Assembly: GCF_000007185.1 (NCBI RefSeq)
Contig: NC_003551.1
Location: 210,001-242,000, forward strand
Origin: Methanopyrus kandleri AV19
GTDB taxonomy: Archaea > JAADCQ01 > Methanopyri > Methanopyrales > Methanopyraceae
Length of the DNA: 32,000 bases
Direction of reading: 5' to 3'
Part shown: positions 1 through 8,647 of the stretch, in pieces
Layout: every line of letters starts with the position of its first letter
How positions within the stretch are numbered: position 1 is the first letter of the stretch
Notes under the pieces: model-generated
Database searches by the model: none
What the model was told of the DNA's origin: nothing
Seen by the model: the letters and a program-made list of their open reading frames with translations, nothing else
Translations under genes and position numbers: made by a program

Positions 1-59
1 AGCCTGGTCGCAAACTGGCCAAGAAGTTCCAGGAAGAGCTACGCGGCGTCGTAGGTCGA

Positions 60-659
60 GTGGAACGCGTGAAGATGCCCATCGGACACGACGTGGAACA
101 CGTGGACCTGGAAATAGTGGAGAAGGAGCTCCGCAGCGCCCTCGTCCGCGCCGGCCTCAAAAGTCTCAGGGACATTAAGGAGCTGCGCGAGGAGATCAAG
201 GAGCTTCAAGAGGAAATCGAAGAGAAGGAAGAGCTCATCGAGGAACTCGAGGAGAAAGAATCGGAGTTGGAAGAACTGCGCGAGAGACTAAAGGAGATCG
301 AGAAGGAAAAAGCGCTCCTGGAGGAGGAACGGGACAGACTACTGGATGAAGTCGAGCGGCTCAGAGACCGCCTCGAAGAGCTTGAGGAGGAGCTGGAATC
401 CGCGGATCATCTGCGGATCATGGACCTCGAGTCCGTGTGTGAAGAGGCGGAGCTGAGCCCGGAGGACGTAGAGCCGGAGGTCCTAGAGGAGCTCGGAGAA
501 GAGCTCGAAATCCCGATAGTGGTAGGGTCCACCCGAATTGCAGCACCGTCCAGGGAGGACGCTGTCAGGGTACTAAAGATCTACAAGCTCGCCCGAAAAG
601 TGGTCGATGGCGAGGGGGAGGAGGAAAACGAAACGACTCCAGGAGATCCTGAAGTCTGA
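60..659 (+). CDS. Acidic coiled-coil protein, function unknown (possibly 5'-truncated by the window edge)
   Basis: Central E/L/K/R-rich heptad-like segment ([57 protein letters not shown]). GTG at 60, but this frame has no stop back to nt 3, so the true start may lie upstream of the window. No family recognised. Confidence 0.5.
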   Translation: MERVKMPIGHDVEHVDLEIVEKELRSALVRAGLKSLRDIKELREEIKELQEEIEEKEELIEELEEKESELEELRERLKEIEKEKALLEEERDRLLDEVERLRDRLEELEEELESADHLRIMDLESVCEEAELSPEDVEPEVLEELGEELEIPIVVGSTRIAAPSREDAVRVLKIYKLARKVVDGEGEEENETTPGDPEV

Positions 660-1632
660 TGATTTCTTTCTAGAGAAGGTGGAGAAGCTCGAGGAGCTCG
701 CAGAAGGTGAACCCTGTGCCCTCGTCAGGCGCCAAAACGTTGAGTGGATAACCCATTTTCCCGGTCTAGCGTTCCACGCCGACTTCGAGTCCGAAGAGTA
801 CACGCTGGTTGTCCACCGTATGGATTCGAGGGCCGTTCGGGAGTGGCCGATTCCGGAGACCGTCGAAGTCATCACACACGATGAGGCCAACCGCCTGACT
901 CCCGCCCGGGCCGTCGACGACGAGTCGGCGGCCCGCAAGGTACCCTGTTATAGGGTGAAGAACGTTAACGAGGACGTTACGAGGGCGCGTCTCTCCAAGT
1001 CGAAGAGTGAGCTGAGGTTCATTGAGGAGCTAGTGGAAGCGACCGAGCGGATACTCGTAAAAGTTCTCCCACCCGAAGACTCGGAGGCCGAGGTAGCATC
1101 CGACCTCATAAGGGAGGCCACGATTCGCGGCTTTCAAACGGCATTCGACCCTATAGTGGCGTATGACGAGGGTGCCGGTGTACCCCACCACCGACCGAGT
1201 CCCGAGGAAAAGACCTGGACGAAATGTGCGTTGGTAGATTACGGGATCAAGATGGTGTACTGCACGGACATCACGAGGACCGTAGTGTCCGAGAACGAGG
1301 CGGGAGACGTCCTCGAAGTCGTCGTGAACGCCCTCGAGGAGGCACTCCGAGAGCTTCAGGCGGGTGTGAACCCGAAGGAGCTCGAGGAAGAGCTGAGAGG
1401 GTGGATGGAAGACGAAGCGCCCGGATTCGAGTTCCCCCACAGCCTCGGCCACCATGTGGGAGTCACGGTCCACGAGGGCCGTCTCATGGGTCGATTGCCG
1501 GAGGGAGCCGTGATCACCGTAGAGCCCGGGCTTTACTCGGATGAGTTCGGGATCCGCGTCGAGGAAATGGTGGTCGTCGGGAAGCGAAAATGCCGAACGC
1601 TAACCAAGCTTCCGCGGGTGTGGGAGCGTTGA
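607..1632 (+). CDS. M24-family Xaa-Pro aminopeptidase/prolidase-like metallopeptidase
   Basis: Metal-ligand blocks in the canonical order: VDYGIKMVYCTDITRT (D..D), HSLGHHVGVTVHEG (H), VITVEPGLY (E), GIRVEEMVVV (E). The N-terminal part resembles the prolidase N-domain. ATG start; 53-nt overlap with the upstream ORF. Confidence 0.85.
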   Translation: MARGRRKTKRLQEILKSDDFFLEKVEKLEELAEGEPCALVRRQNVEWITHFPGLAFHADFESEEYTLVVHRMDSRAVREWPIPETVEVITHDEANRLTPARAVDDESAARKVPCYRVKNVNEDVTRARLSKSKSELRFIEELVEATERILVKVLPPEDSEAEVASDLIREATIRGFQTAFDPIVAYDEGAGVPHHRPSPEEKTWTKCALVDYGIKMVYCTDITRTVVSENEAGDVLEVVVNALEEALRELQAGVNPKELEEELRGWMEDEAPGFEFPHSLGHHVGVTVHEGRLMGRLPEGAVITVEPGLYSDEFGIRVEEMVVVGKRKCRTLTKLPRVWER

Positions 1633-2726
1633 AGGAAGTCCTACCGGGTATTCGAGCGCTGGGAGATCTAGAAGCCGCGGAGAAAGTCGTCAAGAGGTGC
1701 TCCGGTGGAAGCACGGTGATGGTGTGTGTGATCGGTAGTACCGAAATCAGCCGCGTTCCCGGTATCTCAGCCGCGGGTAAAACGCCGGAGTCAACCTTTC
1801 ACACACCCGCAGGAGATGTCGAGTTGATATACTACGACAGGATCATCAACGCCGAGGAGGTCCCACAGAACCCCGTGGGTGCTCCCTCACCCGCGGTGAT
1901 AACGAAAGCCGTCGTGAACTTGGCGTCTATCCCCTTCTTGACGGTGGATGCCGGGGCAGCCGTGAAACCCGCTTGCCCCTACATCGACCTCGGAGGTGAG
2001 GTCGCGAGGGACTTCCGCGAAGGGCCGGCACTGTCGGAGGAAACCTACGACAGACTGCTGGAGTTCGGTAAAACGCTCGGTAAGGAGCTCACCCGCGATG
2101 TGGACTTCCTAACCGTGGGGGAAAGCGTGCCGGGCGGGACTACCACGGCGATGGCCGTGATGACTGCGTTGGGTTACGAAACCAGTGAAAAGTTCGCGAG
2201 CAGCTCCCACGATTCTCCGCACGATATCAAGGAGCGCGTGGTGAAAGAAGGCCTGGAGGCGCAAGGAGTAGAACCGGGTGACTTGGACGCCCACGAGGCG
2301 ATCAGGAGGTTCGGAGATCCTATGATGCCTGCGGTGGTAGGCATCATCTACGGGTCCAGGACACCGGTGCTCTTGGCGGGTGGCACGCAGATGGCCCCAA
2401 TCCTAGCGTATCTGGCGGAGGAAGGACAGTTGGACCCGGAACGGGTATTCGTCGGAACTACCAAATACGTGGTCGAAGACGAGGACTCCGACATCGAAAG
2501 TCTGTTCCGGCAAGTGGGTGACTACGTTCTATTCTCCGCGGACCCCGGGTTCTCGGAGTCCAAGTTCCGTGGGTTCAGGTTGTACGAGGAAGGGTACGTA
2601 AAGGAGGGTGTCGGTGCCGGTGGGGCTCAGGTAGCAGCTGCGTTGAAAACGAAAGGAGAGATCACACCGAAAGACGTTCTGAGGGAGTGCGAGCGGGTTT
2701 ACGAGCGGTGGATGGATAAATTTTAA
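1590..2726 (+). CDS. UPF0284 / archaeal CobT-like phosphoribosyltransferase family protein
   Basis: Blocks GSTEISRVPGISAAGKTPE, GESVPGGTTTAMAV and LLAGGTQMAP match my memory of the archaeal TIGR00303/UPF0284 family. An alternative TTG start at 1629 would overlap the upstream stop as TTGA. Confidence 0.8.
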   Translation: MPNANQASAGVGALKEVLPGIRALGDLEAAEKVVKRCSGGSTVMVCVIGSTEISRVPGISAAGKTPESTFHTPAGDVELIYYDRIINAEEVPQNPVGAPSPAVITKAVVNLASIPFLTVDAGAAVKPACPYIDLGGEVARDFREGPALSEETYDRLLEFGKTLGKELTRDVDFLTVGESVPGGTTTAMAVMTALGYETSEKFASSSHDSPHDIKERVVKEGLEAQGVEPGDLDAHEAIRRFGDPMMPAVVGIIYGSRTPVLLAGGTQMAPILAYLAEEGQLDPERVFVGTTKYVVEDEDSDIESLFRQVGDYVLFSADPGFSESKFRGFRLYEEGYVKEGVGAGGAQVAAALKTKGEITPKDVLRECERVYERWMDKF

Positions 2727-3457
2727 CTAAATAACTTTTCTACCAAAGTACGCTCAAACCTACGATGCTCTAAGAAGTGGTTATTAGGATCTTTTATTAA
2801 TATGTAGACTAAGTAAGGGTACAGAATCGGGAAGAAAACGACTATAAGTATGTGAATTCCGAAGTTCCTATAAGGTATTTTTCTGAAGAAAGATATGCAC
2901 ATATCCAGTTCATCAGCTAGCAATGATGCGATAGCACTTTCCCTCGCCTCATGCAGATAAAAATCCCGCATAAGCCTGTATGCAACGTACAGATACGCTA
3001 CTCCGAAGGTGATGGTACCCAAAAATATCCACAAGACTTCATCCAAATGGCCCAACTCCTCGATATCTTTTACTTTCCTGAATATGGCCAAGTAACAGGA
3101 CTTAGAGATGCACTCGGTGCGGTACAGTATCTCGGAAACTATACGGAACAGTTCCGAGGATCGCTCGAAGTGCTTGTTCCTCCTCCGGATGAGGATATAG
3201 AATAACGCCGCGTTGACCGCGAGGAAGGCCGCGAAGAGTACCACCGTTCCCACGGTGAGGGCGGTTCCACCGGCGGATACTACGGAGGCCCCACTGGCCG
3301 TCGCCACGCACACCGTAGCGATCACGGACACCGAGGCCGAGGCGAGCGGGCCCAGGACTACGACACCGATTCCGAGCGCGGGGTTCAGGATCATGTCAGT
3401 ATCTTCCGCGCGTTTCAGAGCCCGCTCCAGTTCTCGAAGCCACTCGTCGGTGGACAT
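2723..3457 (-). CDS. Integral membrane protein, unknown function, with an internally duplicated motif
   Basis: ATG start. Several long hydrophobic stretches. Two copies of Y-I-L-I-[RK]-x(2-3)-N-x-H-F (FYILIRRRNKHFERS and VYILIKDPNNHFLEH). The 3' two-thirds (about 2727-3200) is strongly AT-rich compared with the rest of the window. Confidence 0.6.
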   Translation of the reverse strand: MSTDEWLRELERALKRAEDTDMILNPALGIGVVVLGPLASASVSVIATVCVATASGASVVSAGGTALTVGTVVLFAAFLAVNAALFYILIRRRNKHFERSSELFRIVSEILYRTECISKSCYLAIFRKVKDIEELGHLDEVLWIFLGTITFGVAYLYVAYRLMRDFYLHEARESAIASLLADELDMCISFFRKIPYRNFGIHILIVVFFPILYPYLVYILIKDPNNHFLEHRRFERTLVEKLFS

Positions 3458-3460
3458 GCC

Positions 3461-4513
3461 TCACCCTCCGCCGAACCTGTACTCTATGAAACACGGGCCT
3501 TCCTCCGACACCATGCACGGGCCTACGGGATCCGTCGGAGTACATTTCGTGCCGAACAACGGGCAGTCCCGGGGCTCGGCCAACCCTCGCAGTATCCGAT
3601 CACATATGCAGGATTCGTCGTGTCCCAGGGTGTAATCCGGCCGTATTCCAATCTCAATCGCATCGTGATCTGCGAGGTCCTCACGCAGCTTCAACGCCGA
3701 CTCGGGGATGGTCGGGAAACCCCGCCACGGCCTATCTTCGGGCTCGAACGCCCTTTCCATCAGTTCCTTCGCGACCGGGTTCCCCCTGTCCTCGACTGCC
3801 CTGAGGTACTCGTTGGTGACTCCCACACGTCCCCTTCTGAGCATCTTGAGGCACGCCAGTACCGCGATCAGAACGTCCTCGGGCTCGAAGCCGGCGACCA
3901 CGCACGGGAGCTCCCGGGCTACGGACTCGTAGGGCCCCGTCCCGATGATCGTGGACACGTGACCGGGACATATGAACGCGTCGAGACGGCACTCGCCCGA
4001 CTCCAGCAACCACTCCATCGCAGGTGGTATCAACCGGTGAGCCGACAGCACGTAGAAGTTGGAGGGCGGGTCATCGAGGAGCACGGCCGCGGTGGTCGGT
4101 GCCGTAGTCTCGAACCCTACCGCCAGGTAGAGGACATCACGGTCCTCGGACTCGGCGATCTCCTCGGCCTTCCTAACGCTCTGGACCACCCTGACGTCCC
4201 CATCGCATGAGGAGAGGGATCCGACAGGAGTGGGGACCCTGTACACGTCCCCGAAAGCGCACACGACCATGCCATCTTCCGCAGCCTTTATGGCCGCGGC
4301 GAGCTCTCCCGTAGTGGTCACACACACGGGGCACCCTGGACCGCAGACTAAACGGACGTTCTCGGGAAGCAACGATCTGAGACCGTGTTCGACTATAGTC
4401 CGTTCATGGGATCCACACACGTGCATGATCGTCACATCACGATCGAGGGTCTCGGCCTCCTTATGGATTCGACGGACGAGCTTTCTCACGAACTCCCGAC
4501 GTGTCATTTTCAA
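3461..4513 (-). CDS. hypD: [NiFe]-hydrogenase maturation protein HypD
   Basis: Signature blocks CGPGCPVC, GFETTAP and CPGHVS; length about 350 aa. Start is TTG at 4513 or ATG at 4507. Confidence 0.9.
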   Translation of the reverse strand: MKMTRREFVRKLVRRIHKEAETLDRDVTIMHVCGSHERTIVEHGLRSLLPENVRLVCGPGCPVCVTTTGELAAAIKAAEDGMVVCAFGDVYRVPTPVGSLSSCDGDVRVVQSVRKAEEIAESEDRDVLYLAVGFETTAPTTAAVLLDDPPSNFYVLSAHRLIPPAMEWLLESGECRLDAFICPGHVSTIIGTGPYESVARELPCVVAGFEPEDVLIAVLACLKMLRRGRVGVTNEYLRAVEDRGNPVAKELMERAFEPEDRPWRGFPTIPESALKLREDLADHDAIEIGIRPDYTLGHDESCICDRILRGLAEPRDCPLFGTKCTPTDPVGPCMVSEEGPCFIEYRFGGG

Positions 4514-4739
4514 GCTCCTCCTCGATGTGTTTCAGAACTTCTTCCCAGATCTCAAGGGACGCTCGTGCTTCCTCCTCATCTAGCTTCTGAATCGCGAAAC
4601 CCGTGTGAACGATGACCCAATCGCCCTCCTCCACGTCCTCCAGCAAGCTCACGTCGACCTCCTGTCGTACGCCTCCGAAGTCCACCACAGCGCGGTTGCC
4701 ATCGAGCTCCACGATCCTTCCGGGAATCGCCAAGCACAC
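4461..4739 (-). CDS. hypC: [NiFe]-hydrogenase maturation chaperone HypC
   Basis: Using the GTG at 4737-4739 gives the obligatory HypC N-terminus M-C-L-A-I-P-G (Cys directly after the initiator). The ORF-track start at 4748 adds 3 residues. Adjacent to hypD, overlapping it by 47-53 nt. Confidence 0.85.
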   Translation of the reverse strand: MCLAIPGRIVELDGNRAVVDFGGVRQEVDVSLLEDVEEGDWVIVHTGFAIQKLDEEEARASLEIWEEVLKHIEEELENDTSGVREKARPSNP

Positions 4740-4813
4740 GTCGTCCACACCCCGCTGGGTTGAACCGAAGAACTTCTTTCGTATTTTCTCCCGAGGGCCA
4801 GGGGGAAGCTCCG

Positions 4814-5236
4814 GTGCCGTGGGAGGAGATCGAGCACACGGCGGATGCCGCGTTCCGAGTGTGGGCCGACACGCCTGAGGATCTCCTGGTTGAAGCCGCC
4901 AAGGCGCTGTTCGATCTGATCACGGACCTGGACGCGGTGGAACCCGAGGAGGAGGTGGAGATCGAGGCGGAAGGAGGAGACCTAGTGGAGTTACTACACG
5001 ACTGGCTCGAGGAGATACACTTCCGACACGAGATCGATGGAATGCTGTTCTCCGACTTCGAAGTGAAGGAACTGAAGAAAGAGGAAGGATGGAAGGTACG
5101 TGGCGTAGCCCGAGGTGAGCCCTACGACCCGGACCGACATCCGTTCCACACCGAGGTCAAGGCCGTGACCTACCACAACATGAAGGTCGAGCGCGAAGAC
5201 GGACGGTGGGTAGCCGAGTACGTGGTCGACTTGTGA
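4814..5236 (+). CDS. Archease
   Basis: N-terminal EIEHTADAAFRV and C-terminal EVKAVTYHNMKVE blocks are typical of archease. GTG at 4814 is preceded by GGGGGAAG. The ORF-track start at 4760 would add an atypical 18-aa extension. Confidence 0.85.
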   Translation: MPWEEIEHTADAAFRVWADTPEDLLVEAAKALFDLITDLDAVEPEEEVEIEAEGGDLVELLHDWLEEIHFRHEIDGMLFSDFEVKELKKEEGWKVRGVARGEPYDPDRHPFHTEVKAVTYHNMKVEREDGRWVAEYVVDL

Positions 5237-5253
5237 AGGGGGCAGGTCGATCT

Positions 5254-6432
5254 TTGAACCTGGACCGTTATCGGAACATCGTCCGTGAGACGGAGCGGAA
5301 GTACATCAATGTGAACCCTATCCAACGAGGGGGCGTGCTGACCCCGGAGGCTCGGAAAGCCCTCCTGGAGTTCGGAGATGGGTACAGTGTATGCGACTTC
5401 TGCGAGGGGTTGCTCCATGAGATCGAGAAACCTCCCATCCGACAGTTTCACGAGGACTTAGCCGAGTTTCTCGGGATGGACGTTGTGCGGATCACCGCCG
5501 GTGCGAGGTACGCGAAGGAAGCCGTCATGAGCGCGCTGTGCGAGGAGGGAGACGTAGTCGTCGCGGACTCGCTCGCGCACTACACCACGTTCGTCGCCGC
5601 GGAGAAGGCGGGAGCCACGGTCCGCGAGGTCCCGAACACCGGTCACCCGGAGTACAAGGTGAAGGTCGACGAGTACGCCCGGGTCATCGACGAGGTTGAG
5701 GACGAGCGGGGAGACCCACCCGCGTTGGCGTTACTCACACACGTCGATAGTGAGTACGGGAACCTCGCGGATGCGGAGAAGTTCGTGAAGATATGCCGCA
5801 AGAAGGGTGTTCCGGCGCTGCTCAACTGCGCCTACACCATGGGTCGCATGGACCTGTCCAACCTGAGCCCGAAGCCCGACTTCATGGTCGGTAGCGGTCA
5901 TAAGGGCATGGCCGCGTGCGCACCGTGCGGCGTACTCGCGATGCGGGAGGAATGGGAAGAGGAAGTGCTCAGGGGATCCTCACTGCGCGGAGACGTCTCC
6001 GGTCGGGAGTGGCCACACAAGGAGGTCGAAATGCTCGGATGTACCGTGATGGGAGCGCCGATCGTCACTATGATGGCCAGCTTCCCCCACGTCGTGGAGC
6101 GGGTGAAACGTTGGAAGGAGGAGGTGCGAAAGACGCGGTGGTTCGTGAAGGAGATGGAAAGGATAGAGGGCGTACGACAACTCGGTGAGCGACCGAAGCG
6201 GCACGATCTGGTGAAGTTTGAGACTCCGGGCTTCCACGAGGTGGCGGAAGACCATCCCAGGCGCGGCTACTTCCTGTACGAGGAGTTGAAAAAGCGTGGA
6301 GTCATCGGTATCCAACCCGGACAGACCGAGACCATCAAGGCCAGCGTATACGGTCTGACGGACGAGCAGGTAGAGCACGTCGTGCGAGCGTTCCACGAGA
6401 TCGCGGAGGAGTACGGGCTAGAAGTCTCCTGA
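5254..6432 (+). CDS. pscS: O-phosphoseryl-tRNA(Cys):Cys-tRNA synthase (SepCysS)
   Basis: INVNPIQRGGVLTPEARKALLEFGDGYSVCDFC and the PLP-lysine region VGSGHKGMAACAP match remembered SepCysS sequences (M. jannaschii and A. fulgidus homologs). TTG at 5254 (after GAAGGGGG) aligns with their N-termini. The ORF opens at 5206; a GTG at 5233 overlaps the archease stop. Confidence 0.85.
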   Translation: MNLDRYRNIVRETERKYINVNPIQRGGVLTPEARKALLEFGDGYSVCDFCEGLLHEIEKPPIRQFHEDLAEFLGMDVVRITAGARYAKEAVMSALCEEGDVVVADSLAHYTTFVAAEKAGATVREVPNTGHPEYKVKVDEYARVIDEVEDERGDPPALALLTHVDSEYGNLADAEKFVKICRKKGVPALLNCAYTMGRMDLSNLSPKPDFMVGSGHKGMAACAPCGVLAMREEWEEEVLRGSSLRGDVSGREWPHKEVEMLGCTVMGAPIVTMMASFPHVVERVKRWKEEVRKTRWFVKEMERIEGVRQLGERPKRHDLVKFETPGFHEVAEDHPRRGYFLYEELKKRGVIGIQPGQTETIKASVYGLTDEQVEHVVRAFHEIAEEYGLEVS

Positions 6433-6568
6433 GTCGTTCGGTCGGACCGACGGGGATCTCCCGCGGAAGTATTGAGGGACAGGAGCCCTAGATAGCGCGC
6501 CGGAGCGTGACTGTGACGTGTGCGGAGTGAAGTCATAAGGTGTCAAGCCGCCGTCCCCGACCGCACGC

Positions 6569-6593
6569 AATTGTTACGAATATCATAACTATT
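6569..6593 (+). repeat. Copy 1 of a promoter-like near-palindromic element (AATTGTTACGAATATCATAAC-TATT)
   Basis: The 21-mer at 6569-6589 is identical to 28850-28870 (24/25 over 25 nt). Core is GTTACGA-ATA-TCATAAC, inverted half-sites with one mismatch. It ends 20 nt before the GTG at 6609. Confidence 0.9.
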
Positions 6594-6608
6594 GGAGGGG
6601 GAACCTCC

Positions 6609-7232
6609 GTGCGGATGGTGGTGTTGTTCTCCGGAGGTCCGGATTCACTGCTGGCGGCGCTGATCGCCTGCGATGAATACGACCCGGAGAAGATCATCCT
6701 GGCGACGTACGATAACGGCGTGCTGATCGGCGTGGAAAAAGCCGGCATCAACTACTCCCAGGTGAAACGTGCCACGGACGCCGAGGTAGAGTGGAGGATT
6801 TTCGACATCCATGGACCCTTCCACCGATGGGGGCTTCGAGGTCTCGAACGGAGGATCTTACGGTTCGGTTGGAACCCGGTGTGTCTGGACTGCAAGTTCT
6901 GTATGCTCTTCCACGCACTGGAGAAGTTGGAACCCGACGTGATCGTAACGGGGGACAGGGAGTCCAGGAAGTATCCGGAACAGACGCCGGAGGCTAAGGC
7001 TTTCTGGGAAGAAATGTGCGGCGAGTACGGCTGCGAGTACTTCACACCGCTCTGGGATTGGAAGAAAAGAGGCGTTTACGAGGAGCTGGCCCGACGGAGG
7101 GTATCGGTGAGGGGATCGGAGCCCAAGTGCATGCTGGCGGGCTCTTGGAAGAAGCCGGTGAGTGAGGAGAAAGTCGAACGTTACCTGGAGGGACTCCGGA
7201 AGAGACTTCTGGGGTTACGCTCTACTCCTTGA
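6609..7232 (+). CDS. Small PP-loop (adenine nucleotide alpha-hydrolase) superfamily ATPase with a Cys cluster
   Basis: N-terminal PP-loop VVLFSGGPDS. Cys motifs CLDCKFC, then CGEYGC and C-terminal KC. GTG 6609 or ATG 6615 puts the PP-loop at the extreme N-terminus as in family members. The ORF-track start at 6540 runs through the upstream promoter-like element. Confidence 0.7.
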   Translation: MRMVVLFSGGPDSLLAALIACDEYDPEKIILATYDNGVLIGVEKAGINYSQVKRATDAEVEWRIFDIHGPFHRWGLRGLERRILRFGWNPVCLDCKFCMLFHALEKLEPDVIVTGDRESRKYPEQTPEAKAFWEEMCGEYGCEYFTPLWDWKKRGVYEELARRRVSVRGSEPKCMLAGSWKKPVSEEKVERYLEGLRKRLLGLRSTP

Positions 7233-7764
7233 GTTCCTCGAGCTTCTCCGCGAGGCCCTCCAGCTCTTCGAGGGCGTCCTCCATCTTAGTGCAGCACTCC
7301 CTCAGGCCCTCCACGACTCGAGAGATGGTGGTGGAAACTTCCTCCATCTCGGACTTCAGTCGCTCCACCTTCTCCTCCTCCACCCTGAGTTTCTCCTTGA
7401 TGTCCTCAACGCCGGTGACTATCTGAAGCTCCCCGCTCTTGAGCATCTCGTAGGTCTCCAGGACGAGCTCTCCCGCCTTAGTCTCCCCCTGTAGGTGCTT
7501 CCTGATCGTGGCCTCGGTACGTCCCAGCTCCTCGGCGATCTCCGATATCGTGTACCCCGCCTTCTGTCTCGCGAGGGCCGACGCGGCCACCGCTAGCGAG
7601 TCGACCCAAGTCAGGAACTTCTGCTCGTGGATCATCTCCAGCACCTTCGGACGGAAGAGCGTGGCCACCAGCAGCACCGTCTCCAGCTGGTGGATCTCCT
7701 GCCGATCCATGGGCTGGAACGGGATCTCCGTGAGGTCGATTACCTCCTTCACGCTCTCTGCCAT
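7222..7764 (-). CDS. Helix-turn-helix transcriptional regulator with C-terminal coiled coil
   Basis: HTH-like segment GYTISEIAEELGRTEATIRKHL. Acidic coiled-coil tail (EKLRVEEEKVERLKSEMEE...LEELEGLAEKLEELKE). ATG 7764 lies about 24 nt downstream of a TATA-like box. 11-nt convergent overlap with the PP-loop gene. Confidence 0.65.
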   Translation of the reverse strand: MAESVKEVIDLTEIPFQPMDRQEIHQLETVLLVATLFRPKVLEMIHEQKFLTWVDSLAVAASALARQKAGYTISEIAEELGRTEATIRKHLQGETKAGELVLETYEMLKSGELQIVTGVEDIKEKLRVEEEKVERLKSEMEEVSTTISRVVEGLRECCTKMEDALEELEGLAEKLEELKE

Positions 7765-7776
7765 ACTTGATGCACC

Positions 7777-7810
7777 CTCAATATAAGGAGGGATCCGGCT
7801 ATTTAAACTC
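7777..7810. promoter_or_regulatory. Divergent promoter region (two TATA-like boxes)
   Basis: The only AT-rich DNA between the two divergent starts. Minus-sense TTATATT (7781-7787) sits about 20 nt before ATG 7764, suggesting a near-leaderless transcript. Plus-sense CTATTTAAAC (7799-7808) sits about 35 nt before TTG 7843. Confidence 0.55.
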
Positions 7811-7842
7811 TAAGAAACAGAACCTCAAGGGGCGACGGAGCC

Positions 7843-8598
7843 TTGTTCGTCAAGTTCGATTCGCACGTGCACCTGGATGTAAGATGTGAGGACGACATGA
7901 AGACCATGAGTCTCGCCGGAATACGGTACGTCCTGACGCTAGCCCACGATCCCATGCCGTTCCGTACCGCGGAGGCCCTCTTGGGACACTGGGAGGCTGT
8001 CGAGTCAACCGCGGAGACCGCGGTAGATTACCTGATCGACGCGAAGGTGGGACTGGGGGTACATCCGAGGGCCATCCCGGACGAGGGCCTCGAACTCGCC
8101 CTCGAACACCTCGAGTCGAAGCTGAGTGATCTGGACGCGGTAGGAGAGATCGGGCTGGAGGAGGCCACAGACGAGGAGGTGAAGGTATTCCGGGAGCAGC
8201 TGGACCTCGCCGCGACCGAAGACGTACCCGTCGTCGTTCACACTCCCCGGAGTCGTGATCCGAACGTCATCTCGAAGATCATCGAGGTCGCCAGGGACTC
8301 GGATCTGCACCCCGACCTGATCGTGATCGACCACCTCAACGAACAGTACGTCGACGCGGTCCTCGCGGAGGGTTTCAACGCCGGGATCACCGTGCAGCCC
8401 GGTAAGGCGACCGTCGAGGAGGCCGTCGAGATAGTGACCAATCGAGCCGAACACGCGGACCGCATTCTTATCAACAGCGACGCGTCGAGGGCCCTGAGTA
8501 ACGTCTTAGCGGTGGCCGAGGTGGCGTTCGAGCTGGAAAAGAGGGGATTCGACGCCACCGAAGCGGTGGTACGGGACAACGCCCTACAGCTTTTCTAA
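7843..8598 (+). CDS. TatD-related metal-dependent hydrolase (TIM-barrel amidohydrolase fold)
   Basis: N-terminal FDSHVHLD metal-binding motif, later GEIGLE and VVVHTP blocks; about 250 aa. TTG start. Confidence 0.75.
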   Translation: MFVKFDSHVHLDVRCEDDMKTMSLAGIRYVLTLAHDPMPFRTAEALLGHWEAVESTAETAVDYLIDAKVGLGVHPRAIPDEGLELALEHLESKLSDLDAVGEIGLEEATDEEVKVFREQLDLAATEDVPVVVHTPRSRDPNVISKIIEVARDSDLHPDLIVIDHLNEQYVDAVLAEGFNAGITVQPGKATVEEAVEIVTNRAEHADRILINSDASRALSNVLAVAEVAFELEKRGFDATEAVVRDNALQLF

Positions 8599-8647
8599 CC
8601 CGGCACCCTCTTAACGCCGTCCCTCCCCGCCCACCCGGGGTGCGAAC

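Noticed and set aside
6540-6608. Track start at 6540 for the PP-loop gene, and the minus-strand ORF 6533..6751.
   Set aside because: The 6540 start translates the promoter-like 21-mer (HAIVTNIITIGGG) and pushes the PP-loop away from the N-terminus. The minus-strand ORF is antisense to the PP-loop region.
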